Shown here piece by piece: positions 54,488 to 63,939 of a DNA stretch of 64,000 nucleotides (positions within the stretch are counted from its first letter, which is position 1; each line of letters opens with the position of its first letter). This DNA comes from Bdellovibrionales bacterium (GTDB lineage Bacteria; Bdellovibrionota; Bdellovibrionia; Bdellovibrionales; DASUEL01): positions 2,293-66,292 of the forward strand of contig JBFWOZ010000012.1 of NCBI GenBank assembly GCA_050250255.1, read 5' to 3'. The notes under the pieces are model-generated. The model had not been told where the DNA came from, made no database searches, and saw only the letters and a program-made list of their open reading frames with translations. A program made the translations under genes and the position numbers.

Positions 54488-55780
54488 ATGGAAAAAAAGA
54501 ATTTTCTGTTCGTTTCCCTGACTGGATTGATCGGTGACATCGCCTGGCAGGTCACTAAAGAAGGTCACAATGTTAAATTTCATATCAATGACAAAGATGA
54601 GAAAGATATTGCCGATGGGTTCGTCGAAAAGGTCGACGACTGGGAATCACATGTCGACTGGGCGGATGTCATCATCTTCGATGATACTCTTGGCCAGGGC
54701 GAGAAAGCCCACGAGCTTCGAAAAAAAGGCAAGCTCGTTGTGGGTGGTACAGCCTACACCGATCGCTTAGAAGATGATCGCTCTTTTGGACAAGAAGAGC
54801 TCAAAAGTGCAGGCGTTTCGATCATTCCCTATAAAGAATTTGATTCTTTCGATAATGCCATCGAATACGTGAAGCAAAATCCAGATCGCTATGTGATAAA
54901 GCCCAGTGGCGAAGCTCAAAACGTCAAGCGTCGCCTTTTTGTTGGTGAAGAAGAAGACGGCAAAGACGTTGTCTGTATGCTCGAAGCTTATAAAAAATCT
55001 TTCTCTAAAGAGATTAAGATTTTCCAACTCCAAAAACGAGTAGTCGGCGTAGAGGTTGCCGTCGGTGGATTTTTTAACGGCAAAGAGTTTGTGACTCCGA
55101 TCAACGTCAATTTCGAACATAAAAAACTATTTCCTGGAAACATCGGTCCTCCCACGGGTGAGATGGGCACTTCCATGTTTTGGTCTCAGCCCAACAAACT
55201 TTTCAACATGACTCTTAAAAAAATGGAGTCACGTCTGAGTGCCGAAGGTTACGTGGGATATATCGATGTGAATTGCATCGTGAATGGTAACGGCGTATAT
55301 CCGCTCGAGTTTACAGCTCGTTTTGGTTATCCAACAATCATGATTCAGCAAAGTGGTTTTGTTACTCCAACAGGACAGTTCTTTTATGAGCTTGCCGCGG
55401 GGACAATGACAAAATTTAAAGCGAAGAGTGGCTTTCAAGTGGGTGTACGCATCGTGATGCCGCCATTCCCATTTGATGATGAGGCAACATTCGACTCCTT
55501 CTCAAGAAACGCGACGATCGAATTTAAAAAACCTGTTGGGGACGAAGCTCACATCGAAGACGTAAAACTCGTCGATGGCAGATGGACTATCGCCGGCACT
55601 TCCGGCGTGATCATGGTGATTGTGGGGACGGGGCCCACGATGAAGCAGGCGCAAGCTCAAGTGTATTCCAAAGTTCGAAACGTGATGATTCCTAATATGT
55701 ATTACCGGGATGACATCGGCGAACGCTGGATTGAAGACTCCGACAAGCTACATACTTGGGGCTACTTAAGAGATTCTTAA
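54488..55780 (+). CDS. Atypical PurD-like ATP-grasp ligase
   Basis: ATP-grasp/GARS-like motifs YVIKPSG, GVEVAVG, FEHKKLFPGNIGPPTGEMG, PLEFTARFGYP and YYRDDIG; lacks the canonical PurD GSGGREHA. TTG 54476 is an alternative start. Confidence 0.7.
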   Translation: MEKKNFLFVSLTGLIGDIAWQVTKEGHNVKFHINDKDEKDIADGFVEKVDDWESHVDWADVIIFDDTLGQGEKAHELRKKGKLVVGGTAYTDRLEDDRSFGQEELKSAGVSIIPYKEFDSFDNAIEYVKQNPDRYVIKPSGEAQNVKRRLFVGEEEDGKDVVCMLEAYKKSFSKEIKIFQLQKRVVGVEVAVGGFFNGKEFVTPINVNFEHKKLFPGNIGPPTGEMGTSMFWSQPNKLFNMTLKKMESRLSAEGYVGYIDVNCIVNGNGVYPLEFTARFGYPTIMIQQSGFVTPTGQFFYELAAGTMTKFKAKSGFQVGVRIVMPPFPFDDEATFDSFSRNATIEFKKPVGDEAHIEDVKLVDGRWTIAGTSGVIMVIVGTGPTMKQAQAQVYSKVRNVMIPNMYYRDDIGERWIEDSDKLHTWGYLRDS

Positions 55781-55842
55781 TAGAATGTGACGGCCCCAGC
55801 CAAAAACGAATGTTAAAAAACGCGACGCCTTAAGTGACTTAG

Positions 55843-55862
55843 ACTCCGAAGTAATTCGGAGT
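55843..55862 (+). other. Perfect 8-bp hairpin with GTAA (GNRA) loop
   Basis: ACTCCGAA-GTAA-TTCGGAGT, preceded by the small palindrome TAAGT-G-ACTTA. Confidence 0.5.
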
Positions 55863-55938
55863 TCGGTTGTCTACATGGTTAAAAATGAAAACTCGGACTT
55901 TACCAGCGAGACCTCATTTTGCTAGTTTCATTTTCTCG

Positions 55939-56406
55939 ATGAAAAAGAAAACACGTGTTTCCTCGAAAACTAAAAAATATTTTTTACGGTACCCCGTGAA
56001 ATCTGCCGACACTCCAGCGACCTGTGGAATGCTCTATGAGCTGCGATATGAACTTAAATCGGATATGAAGAGCTTGCAGGCGGACTTACATGGTTTCAGA
56101 GCTGAGATGAATGGCAAATTTGAAGGAATAAATGGCAAGTTAGCCGGGATAGATGGCAGGTTCGACGCAATAGACGGAAAATTTGCGGAGATAGATGGCA
56201 GGTTTGAAGCATTAGACGGTAAATTTAAAGCCGTTGATAAGCAGTTTGAATCGCTCAGCGCTGAGATGAGGTCGCATTTTCATAATATGAAGCTTCTGAT
56301 TGAAGAACAAAACGCCCGCAACAAATACGTGCTTGATGGTTATACTCAAATTTTTGATCGGCAAAACAAACTAGATAGCCGCGTCTCTTCTTTAGAAAAA
56401 AAATAA
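55939..56406 (+). CDS. Small coiled-coil protein with heptad tandem repeats
   Basis: GKFEGIN/GKLAGID/GRFDAID/GKFAEID/GRFEALD/GKFKAVD/KQFESLS; start codon uncertain. Confidence 0.7.
   Translation: MKKKTRVSSKTKKYFLRYPVKSADTPATCGMLYELRYELKSDMKSLQADLHGFRAEMNGKFEGINGKLAGIDGRFDAIDGKFAEIDGRFEALDGKFKAVDKQFESLSAEMRSHFHNMKLLIEEQNARNKYVLDGYTQIFDRQNKLDSRVSSLEKK
56111..56250 (+). repeat. Degenerate 21-bp tandem repeat (about 6.5 copies)
   Basis: Units such as ATGGCAAATTTGAAGGAATAA / ATGGCAAGTTAGCCGGGATAG / ATGGCAGGTTCGACGCAATAG. Confidence 0.85.
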
Positions 56407-56407
56407 C

Positions 56408-57625
56408 TTATTTCTTTGTGCCGCAAACTTCGGTGGCTTGCTGAAACTTATCTACCCAACGCTCTTGCTTTTGTAGTCGCACAGAAGATGTCGCATTCCT
56501 TAAAGCCATATAATAAGATCGGTTGAGCTCGCAAGCTTTAATAAAAGCCTCGAGAGACTCTTTGTAGTCTCGAGTTTGTAACTTTCCTTGAGCTAGTCCT
56601 AAGTAGCACCGGTCGGATTCACGGTCGGCAGCGATACATCTTTTGTAGTAGTGCGCAGAGGTTTCCCAATTTTTTAATTCATCATTCACAAGGCCTGCCG
56701 TAAATTGAGCAAACTCGGACTTGGGAAAACTTTTAGCAGCTTGCTCGATGATCTTTGTCGCTTGCGCAATTTGTTTGAGGCCTTTGTAGTTCATTCCTAA
56801 AAAAACATGATTTTCGGGAATGCGACGATCTAGCTCAATCGCTTTCTTGCAGTGTTCAATCGCTTTATCAAAAAAGCTATCTTGAGAGAGAAAGCGGCAC
56901 ATCTTAGTGTGAACTTCTGGTGTGTCTCCGAATGTCTCGAGCATATCTTGTAAGATCTCTCGCTGCTCGTAAGAGTTTTTTGTGGCGGCAAAGACGGTAA
57001 AGAGTCCGTCAAAAGCGGAGCCTCTTTTTTTATCTAAGGCGAGCGCTTTACGGTAGTGAATCGCGGCCTTCTCCATATTTTTACTTTCAAAATAAGCACG
57101 TCCGAGAAGTTCATGGACCTGTGGATCTTTCGTGTTTTTTTGCTCAAGAACTTCGAGCGTACGGATTTCATTTAAGAAATCCTTATTTTTTCTGTAAGCC
57201 TCCGCGAGCATAAACATGTTGGTTTTTGTAGGATTGATGGCCGCTTCTTTTAAATGTTGAATTGCTTTGTCATATTGCTCTGCCTGCAGATAGAAAAATC
57301 CGAGCTGCGAGTGAGTGTCGACATCCTCAGGATTTTTTTTCAGCAAAGCTTCGAGTTCTTTAATCGATTTCTCGTAATTTTTTGGCTTAGACGATTTTTT
57401 TGGAGCATTCTTTTTCGCCACCGGGCTACGAATGGTAGCGGGGAGTCCACCGGCCGCGGGATCTACACTCTTCTTTAACTCCGAAGACTCGGCCTCTAAT
57501 TCGTTCTGGAGAGAGTTGTTACGTGCGCTCTCCTCGGCCTGGTCTTGTGCGGACGAAACAACACCGACAAACATCAAGCTGAGGACCAGGACAAAGGTCT
57601 GAGGATATGATTTGTGTGTGAACAT
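56408..57625 (-). CDS. Exported tetratricopeptide-repeat protein
   Basis: Signal peptide from MFTHK...; many TPRs (e.g. HELLGRAYFESKNMEKAAIHYRKAL). Confidence 0.8.
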   Translation of the reverse strand: MFTHKSYPQTFVLVLSLMFVGVVSSAQDQAEESARNNSLQNELEAESSELKKSVDPAAGGLPATIRSPVAKKNAPKKSSKPKNYEKSIKELEALLKKNPEDVDTHSQLGFFYLQAEQYDKAIQHLKEAAINPTKTNMFMLAEAYRKNKDFLNEIRTLEVLEQKNTKDPQVHELLGRAYFESKNMEKAAIHYRKALALDKKRGSAFDGLFTVFAATKNSYEQREILQDMLETFGDTPEVHTKMCRFLSQDSFFDKAIEHCKKAIELDRRIPENHVFLGMNYKGLKQIAQATKIIEQAAKSFPKSEFAQFTAGLVNDELKNWETSAHYYKRCIAADRESDRCYLGLAQGKLQTRDYKESLEAFIKACELNRSYYMALRNATSSVRLQKQERWVDKFQQATEVCGTKK

Positions 57626-57643
57626 ATATATAATAGTAACATC

Positions 57644-58552
57644 ATGTTGTTTGCGAGAGCAAATGGAGGACCGTCGTGTCCTCGAAAAAAACAATCAGGA
57701 CAAGCCCTCATAGAATATATGATGGTGTTGCTCTTCACGCTGATTATTTGCGGAGGAGCTTTTTACCAATTTAACGATGCGTTCAGGCAGTTTCTCTCTG
57801 GATATTTTGGTCAGTATCTTTCCTGTCTTTTGGAAGCGGGCGAACTTCCCTCGCTAGGATACGATGGACAAAATCAACCCGACATCTGTAACTCCGAATT
57901 CCAGCCCTTCTCTTTAGCAAAAGGGCGTCCACTGATTAAAGATCCAGGTGTGGGAACTCCTCCGAAGGAAATAGGTGGCGTACCTCCAGCAGAAAACATG
58001 GTGATGGGTGGAAGACCGATCAAAGAACGAGGGGGCGTTGCTCCAGGAAATGTTGAGGCGGCAGGTTCGGGACCTGTGGCTGAGCGAAGTTATGGTGGAA
58101 ATATTCCGGGGGATGCTGCAACGGCTGGTGGTGGAGGCGGAGCAGGAGGACAATTTGCTTCCTTTGGACCGCGCTCTTCTCAAAACATTCCTTTGAGTGG
58201 AGCTGATGCGGGAGCAAAAAAATCTGGTCAACGTGGTATGGAAGACGAAACGATTTCGTCTCGCGAACTTTTCGATGACGGCCAGTCAGGCCGAAGAAAA
58301 GAAATTCCTCTAGCAAAAAATGAACGTAAGCCCACTGAACGAGTGAAACAGGATGTTCCTGCAGATGCGAAAGAAGCCACTCCATCGCGCACGATTACCG
58401 TAGAGAAACCTGAGAAAAAAATCGAAGTGCAAGAAGAGGGACTCACATTTTCGGATTTCATTAAGTATCTTCTTATCGCCGCGGTCCTTCTCGCTATGCT
58501 TGTTTTCTTCGGTGGCCAAATCTTACAAATTTCAAAAAGTGGTGAAAAATAA
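57644..58552 (+). CDS. TadE/pseudopilin-like protein with Gly-rich middle and C-terminal TM
   Basis: Prepilin motif KKQSG|QALIEY (Glu at +5), hydrophobic helix, second TM near the C-terminus; start codon uncertain. Confidence 0.7.
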   Translation: MLFARANGGPSCPRKKQSGQALIEYMMVLLFTLIICGGAFYQFNDAFRQFLSGYFGQYLSCLLEAGELPSLGYDGQNQPDICNSEFQPFSLAKGRPLIKDPGVGTPPKEIGGVPPAENMVMGGRPIKERGGVAPGNVEAAGSGPVAERSYGGNIPGDAATAGGGGGAGGQFASFGPRSSQNIPLSGADAGAKKSGQRGMEDETISSRELFDDGQSGRRKEIPLAKNERKPTERVKQDVPADAKEATPSRTITVEKPEKKIEVQEEGLTFSDFIKYLLIAAVLLAMLVFFGGQILQISKSGEK

Positions 58553-59586
58553 TGAGTCAGCTTGATTTACGTGATTTTTATTCTAACACCATCACTCACT
58601 ATAAACTGGGCCCCGCAGCGACAAAATTGTTTGCACGAATTGTAGCAAATGATGACCAGGGGGAAGCTTACGAAGAGGCTCTTCGGTGCGATCGTTTTTT
58701 TACAACCAAGGTGATCTCAGCTGCTTCCGAGGTTTTGAAAAAAGGTTCAGTGAAATCTCTCACTCACGCAGTGGTTTTGTTTGGAAAAGAAACTGTAAGA
58801 AATTTTGTTTTAGGACATACGGTGTTGCGACAGATCGACACGAGCGCAGATCAAAAATTTGAAGACATGGGTAAATCTAAAAATTTTCTCAAGCGTGGCT
58901 TGGAAGCCGAAGAGCTTGCTCTCAAGTCTAAAAACGAATATCCCGGCTTTGCGCTTGCGGTAGGTTTTATTTACGACATCATTGAAAATAAGATGAACGC
59001 AGACCCAAGAATGACTCAACATCTTCCTTTTTTTGAATCGTGTTGGAAACATGCTTTACGTACGGCCTCACTCGCCTCTGCGATGTGTTCACACGAAAGA
59101 ATGCTCATTAATCTCAAGAGACTGAGTTTTGCTGCCGGCCTCACTCATGACCTTGGGCGTCTTCTTTTGTTGGTTTCTTATCCTGAGCGTTACCAAAATC
59201 TCATGAAAAAATTTGACGAGGCAAAATTAGCAACGCCTAGTGACGATTCGCCCCAAATGGTGATTGAGAAGGAAGAGTTTGGACTCAGCCATGCCGAGCT
59301 TGGTGCCTTCTTTTGTTACTCTTTTGGTTACCTTCAGGAGCTGGAAGAGATTGTAGATTTCCATCACGACTTCGCTGTTTTGAAGACTCGAGATAAGGAT
59401 CACTTTCTATTAGCTATGATATTGAATATAGCCGACCGCCTGGCGTATTTGATTGAAACTGACCCTAAACTTGAAATCGCGGAAATAAATAAAATTTTGG
59501 AGCCACATCGCCAAGCCTTTCCATTGAGAGCTGATGAAGTTCAAACGCTGGCATTTTTGCTTCGCAGCAAGGTGCTTCTTCCATAA
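58552..59586 (+). CDS. HDOD domain protein
   Basis: VKSLTHAVVLFG...VRN, WKHALRTA, AGLTHDLGRL, EKEEFGLSHAELG, FHHD. Confidence 0.85.
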   Translation: MSQLDLRDFYSNTITHYKLGPAATKLFARIVANDDQGEAYEEALRCDRFFTTKVISAASEVLKKGSVKSLTHAVVLFGKETVRNFVLGHTVLRQIDTSADQKFEDMGKSKNFLKRGLEAEELALKSKNEYPGFALAVGFIYDIIENKMNADPRMTQHLPFFESCWKHALRTASLASAMCSHERMLINLKRLSFAAGLTHDLGRLLLLVSYPERYQNLMKKFDEAKLATPSDDSPQMVIEKEEFGLSHAELGAFFCYSFGYLQELEEIVDFHHDFAVLKTRDKDHFLLAMILNIADRLAYLIETDPKLEIAEINKILEPHRQAFPLRADEVQTLAFLLRSKVLLP

Positions 59587-59718
59587 ATTTCTCACCGTTT
59601 TTGTTCGTCTTATATGAGATGTAATCATTTCATTCACCCGTTAGAGGGGGGTTGCGGGTCTAATTTTATGTTGGACCTGGGGGATATTCCATGGTTCAAA
59701 CAGAAACGCGGGGGATAA

Positions 59719-60237
59719 ATGGAAAAGACGACCGATGGTCATCTCAGTGGGGAGCATGGTCCAGAACAAATGGGCCAAGTCATCGAATTAAATCCCAAAA
59801 AAATCTATACCATTTTTGAAGTAGATAACATTCTTCCGCTCGTTCGTCGTATCACTCAAGAATACGTGAATCGCGTTCAGGGCCTCATGGGCAAATTTGA
59901 ACTTGCGAAGAGCGTTCAAGATTCCAAAATCACAAGCATCGAACGTGAGATCAATGAATGCGTTCAGCTTTGGCAAAATAAAATGGAAAAATTAGGTCTT
60001 AAAGCGAAAGGCCTTTGGATTGCCGATTTTGACTCTGGTGATGGATATTTTTGTTGGAAGTATCCTGAGGAGCAAGTGAACTATTGGCATCAGTATAACA
60101 ATGGCTTTGGTGGTCGAGTAAAAATTGATCGTGAAAGTTTGAAACAGGGTTTATCACCATCTTCAAAAATCATTCTTCCGGAGCAAGAGCCACAAGCGCC
60201 GGCGAATCCGAATCAAGACGCTTCTCCCTCTCTTTAA
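59719..60237 (+). CDS. DUF2203 family protein
   Basis: YTIFEVDNILPLV...KGLWIADF.....FCWKYPE..V.YWH....GFGGR. Confidence 0.75.
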   Translation: MEKTTDGHLSGEHGPEQMGQVIELNPKKIYTIFEVDNILPLVRRITQEYVNRVQGLMGKFELAKSVQDSKITSIEREINECVQLWQNKMEKLGLKAKGLWIADFDSGDGYFCWKYPEEQVNYWHQYNNGFGGRVKIDRESLKQGLSPSSKIILPEQEPQAPANPNQDASPSL

Positions 60238-60285
60238 CGTTTAAACTCGCGTGACATTTTTCATAGGCTCAACTACATCAGTGGT

Positions 60286-61905
60286 ATGAGAGTCGGCTTA
60301 GCACAGATCAATGTCACTTTAGGTGCGTTTAAAGAAAACGCCGATCTCATTCTTGAACACATCTCGCGCGCAAAACAAAAACATTGTGATCTTGTGGTTT
60401 TCCCAGAGCTAGCCCTTTTTGGTTATCTCCCTGGAGATCTTCTTGAGAGAAAATCCATCTACGATGCCCAGTGGAAAGAATTTCGAAGAATTGAAGCGAA
60501 AATGCCAGCAGGGATTTCGGCACTCGTAGGCCTGGTGACAGACGCGAAAAAGAAACACGGAAAGCCTTATTACAATTCGGCCGCGCTCATTCAAAAAGGT
60601 AAAAAAACTCAGTTCTTTCACAAAGAGCTTCTCCCTAATTACGATGTCTTTGATGATCCGCGCTTTTTTGAACGTGGTTCTGACTCCGAAAATTTTTTTC
60701 GACTTAAAGGGAAGAAGGTTCTCGTCACTCTTTGTGAAGACATTTGGGGTTGGGGACAAGAGTTAGAAAACGCGAATTACCAAAGAAATCCTCTGAAGGG
60801 CCTTAAAAAAACAGGCGTGGATTTAGTCGTGAATCTTAGCGCTTCTCCATTTTCTATGGGACAAAGAAAAAAACGTTTTGATGTAGTGAAGAAGACGGCA
60901 CTTCACTTTCAATGTCCTGTGGCCTACACGAATATGGTGGGTGGACAAGATGAGATCATTTTTGATGGGGGCAGTTTTGCTCTTGATAAAAAGGGCCGCC
61001 ATCTCGCACAGTCGGTATATTTTGAAGAAGATCTCAACGTCGTAGATCTTGAAAAACAAGAGGGTGGAAAAAGAAACACCTCAAAAGATGAAATTGAACA
61101 TCTTTATCAAGCGCTCATTCTCGGAATCCGTGATTACGCTCGGATTACCGGAATTCCAAAAATTCACTTAGGTCTCAGTGGCGGAATCGACTCTGCGCTC
61201 GTCGCCTGTTTGGCAGCAGAAGCCCTTGGTGCAGGCCAAGTCACTTGTCTCGCAATGCCGGGTCCCTTTAGTGCTCCCGAAAGTTTCACGCTTGCTAAAA
61301 AATTGGCAGCCAATCTCAAATGCCGCTTTCTTGAAGTAGAGATTGGTAAGCACTACGAACTGCTTAAAAAGAGTCTCGATCAAGCTTTTGAGGTGAAAGA
61401 GTTTGGCGTGCTCCATGAAAACCTCCAGGCGAGACTACGTGGAACGATCCTGATGGCGTTCGCTAACAAAAATAGCAGCCTTCTTGTGTCTACGAGTAAC
61501 AAAAGCGAATTCGCGACTGGTTACGCGACACTTTACGGAGATATGTGCGGGGGCTTAGCGCCTCTTGGGGATGTGTTGAAGGGGCAAGTTTATCAGCTCT
61601 GCGAGTACATTAACCGAGAGTATGAACTCATTCCAAAGCGAATCATTGAGCGGCCGCCAACGGCAGAACTCAAAGCGAACCAAAAAGATCAAGACACTCT
61701 GCCGCCCTACAACGAGCTTGATCAATCGATCCAAAAAATTGTGGTGGAGCGTCGCTCGGCGAAATCTTCTCAAGAAAAATGGCTTCTCGAGACCCTTCAT
61801 CGTACCGAGTTCAAGCGTTGGCAGGCATCTCCGGTGCTACGAGTTTCTCCAAGAGCATTTGGAAGAGGTCGTCGTATGCCGATAGCTCACAAAGGGCTTT
61901 TCTAA
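60286..61905 (+). CDS. nadE: Glutamine-dependent NAD+ synthetase
   Basis: Nitrilase domain (FPEL, LPNYDVFD, CEDIW) plus synthetase domain (GLSGGIDS, ENLQARLR, NKSE..GYATLYGD). Confidence 0.95.
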   Translation: MRVGLAQINVTLGAFKENADLILEHISRAKQKHCDLVVFPELALFGYLPGDLLERKSIYDAQWKEFRRIEAKMPAGISALVGLVTDAKKKHGKPYYNSAALIQKGKKTQFFHKELLPNYDVFDDPRFFERGSDSENFFRLKGKKVLVTLCEDIWGWGQELENANYQRNPLKGLKKTGVDLVVNLSASPFSMGQRKKRFDVVKKTALHFQCPVAYTNMVGGQDEIIFDGGSFALDKKGRHLAQSVYFEEDLNVVDLEKQEGGKRNTSKDEIEHLYQALILGIRDYARITGIPKIHLGLSGGIDSALVACLAAEALGAGQVTCLAMPGPFSAPESFTLAKKLAANLKCRFLEVEIGKHYELLKKSLDQAFEVKEFGVLHENLQARLRGTILMAFANKNSSLLVSTSNKSEFATGYATLYGDMCGGLAPLGDVLKGQVYQLCEYINREYELIPKRIIERPPTAELKANQKDQDTLPPYNELDQSIQKIVVERRSAKSSQEKWLLETLHRTEFKRWQASPVLRVSPRAFGRGRRMPIAHKGLF

Positions 61906-61960
61906 ATCTCCTTTTTGCGCTAATCCATATTCAGAATATTGTTTTTTCAGGGGGTATGGG

Positions 61961-62938
61961 ATGACTCAAGGGAACGTTTCCAGTTTCATTAAGAAACATT
62001 ACAAACACTTCAATGCAGCGGCTCTTGTTGATGCGTCAGAAGCTTACAAAAAACATATCGATCAGGGCGGAAAAATGATGGTCACCCTCGCGGGTGCTAT
62101 GAGTACGGCGGAACTTGGTTGTTCGCTTGCGGAAATGATTCGCCAAGATAAGGTTCATATCATTTCTTGCACGGGTGCAAACCTCGAAGAAGATCTCTTT
62201 AACCTTGTCGCTCATGATTTTTACGTACGTGTTCCTAACTACCGCGATTTGAGCAAGCAAGATGAACAAAAGCTTTACGAAAAACATCTCAATCGTGTGA
62301 CCGACACTTGTATTCCTGAAGAGGAAGCGATGAGACGCCTCGAGGTGGCTTTGGTGGAGCAGTGGACGACTGCCGACAAATCTGGAAAACGAATGTTCCC
62401 TCACGAATTTCTCTATAAAATCATTCGTGAGAAAAAATTAGACCAGTACTTTCAAATTGATCCTAAAGACAGCTGGCTTGTTGCTGCTTGTGAAAAAAAT
62501 CTTCCGATCATCGTTCCAGGATGGGAAGACTCAACGACGGCAAACTTTTTTGCTGGTCACTGCATTAAAGAAAACGTGAAAAACCCCAACACCGTTCGTG
62601 GCGGGATCGAATACATGATCAATCTTGTGGATTGGTACAAAAAAACCGCGAAGGACAGTTCCATCGGGTTTTTCCAAATCGGTGGAGGAATTGCGGGTGA
62701 TTTCCCAATCTGTGTTGTGCCGCTGATGCATCAGGATTTAGAGTGGGATGACGTACCTCTGTGGGGATACTTTTGCCAGATCAGTGACTCCACAACAAGC
62801 TATGGTTCTTACTCAGGAGCTGTACCTAACGAGAAAATCACTTGGGGTAAGCTCGGTGTGAACACACCATCTTATGTGATCGAATCAGATGCAACCATAG
62901 TTGCACCACTTATGTTTGCGAATATCCTCAGCTGGTAA
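61961..62938 (+). CDS. Deoxyhypusine synthase-like protein (SpeY-type polyamine synthase)
   Basis: AGAMSTAELG, TGANLEED, IGGGIAGDF, YGSYSGAVPNEKITWGK with the catalytic Lys. Confidence 0.9.
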   Translation: MTQGNVSSFIKKHYKHFNAAALVDASEAYKKHIDQGGKMMVTLAGAMSTAELGCSLAEMIRQDKVHIISCTGANLEEDLFNLVAHDFYVRVPNYRDLSKQDEQKLYEKHLNRVTDTCIPEEEAMRRLEVALVEQWTTADKSGKRMFPHEFLYKIIREKKLDQYFQIDPKDSWLVAACEKNLPIIVPGWEDSTTANFFAGHCIKENVKNPNTVRGGIEYMINLVDWYKKTAKDSSIGFFQIGGGIAGDFPICVVPLMHQDLEWDDVPLWGYFCQISDSTTSYGSYSGAVPNEKITWGKLGVNTPSYVIESDATIVAPLMFANILSW

Positions 62939-62954
62939 TTGAGAGAACCAAAGA

Positions 62955-63572
62955 TTAGATCAGAGAAAGCAAGTCGAGTTGTTTCGGCTTGCGTTCGATC
63001 ACTGGAAATCTGAGAGCGACGTTATTCGAAAGTGCGATCAAGTTCTCGATCGCCGGCACTTCACCTTCACGGAATATTTTTTGAATCATCTTCCAAAAAA
63101 GTTCGCCTGCGTATCCCGCATCCTGTTCGGCTCTATGGAAGTCGCCGGCTGTAATCTGTAAATGTTGTACAAGAGTGCCTAGCTTATAATTCGCAAGACC
63201 TGGTAAAACTTTTCGCGCCATTGAAAGCGTGTCTAAGATCACTCCGGTGGGAGCACGGCTTTCAAACTTCGTGATATCAGCCGTTAAAAATTGAGTATCA
63301 AAACCCGCATTGTGTGCGACTAAGATGTCATCACCACAGAAATCTGCAAAGGGTTCTAAAATGGTATCAATGGTGGGTTTTCCGATGAGCATTTCATCGG
63401 TGATACCATTCACGCGAGAGGCAGCCTCTGGCATAGAGCGGTTGGGATTTACGAGGGTAGAAAATTTCGCATCGGGAACGCCATTAACGAATCGCACGGC
63501 GCCTACCTCTACAATTTGATCAACACCGGGTAAAAAACCGGTCGTTTCTAAGTCAAAAGCAATGAATCTCAT
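62955..63572 (-). CDS. DEDDh 3'-5' exonuclease (DnaQ/PolC-like)
   Basis: FDLETTG, VAHNAGFD, HRAEQDA; start placed at ATG 63572. Confidence 0.9.
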   Translation of the reverse strand: MRFIAFDLETTGFLPGVDQIVEVGAVRFVNGVPDAKFSTLVNPNRSMPEAASRVNGITDEMLIGKPTIDTILEPFADFCGDDILVAHNAGFDTQFLTADITKFESRAPTGVILDTLSMARKVLPGLANYKLGTLVQHLQITAGDFHRAEQDAGYAGELFWKMIQKIFREGEVPAIENLIALSNNVALRFPVIERKPKQLDLLSLI

Positions 63573-63627
63573 AGATTTAGAAAAATAGCCTAGAGCCCTG
63601 AGAGAATTCAAGATTTAATAGAGGATA

Positions 63628-63939
63628 ATGAAGGATAAGAGCGCCTTGTCAAAAATGATTTTTCTACCCTCCAAAAAGAGTATCGAATTTCGAGACGGCG
63701 AGAGCGTCCTCGAGCTCGCTATTGCGCATAAGGTAAGGCTCGCACATTCTTGTGGCGGTATGGGCTCCTGCGGAACTTGCCGCGTATTTGTTCGAAGTGA
63801 TTTGAATAAGCTGTCACCTCGCACAGACATCGAAGTGGAAATGTCTAAAGATCGTCAGTTCGTCGAAAACGAGCGTTTGGCCTGCCAAACAAAAGCTTTT
63901 GACGGTCTCATCGTCGAAGTTCCTAAAAAGAAAACTTAG
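63628..63939 (+). CDS. 2Fe-2S ferredoxin
   Basis: CGGMGSCGTC...RLAC; GAGG RBS. Confidence 0.9.
   Translation: MKDKSALSKMIFLPSKKSIEFRDGESVLELAIAHKVRLAHSCGGMGSCGTCRVFVRSDLNKLSPRTDIEVEMSKDRQFVENERLACQTKAFDGLIVEVPKKKT

Noticed and set aside
55781-55880. Possible c-di-GMP-I (GEMM) riboswitch (GACGC, GNRA hairpin)
   Set aside because: It lacks the GGCAAAC...GAAA...GACGCAAA architecture; only an isolated hairpin is supported.
59607-59620. Third copy of the TCTCA-N3-TGAGA palindrome (GTCTTATATGAGAT)
   Set aside because: One mismatch, a 2-nt spacer and no sigma54 box found downstream; too degenerate to count.
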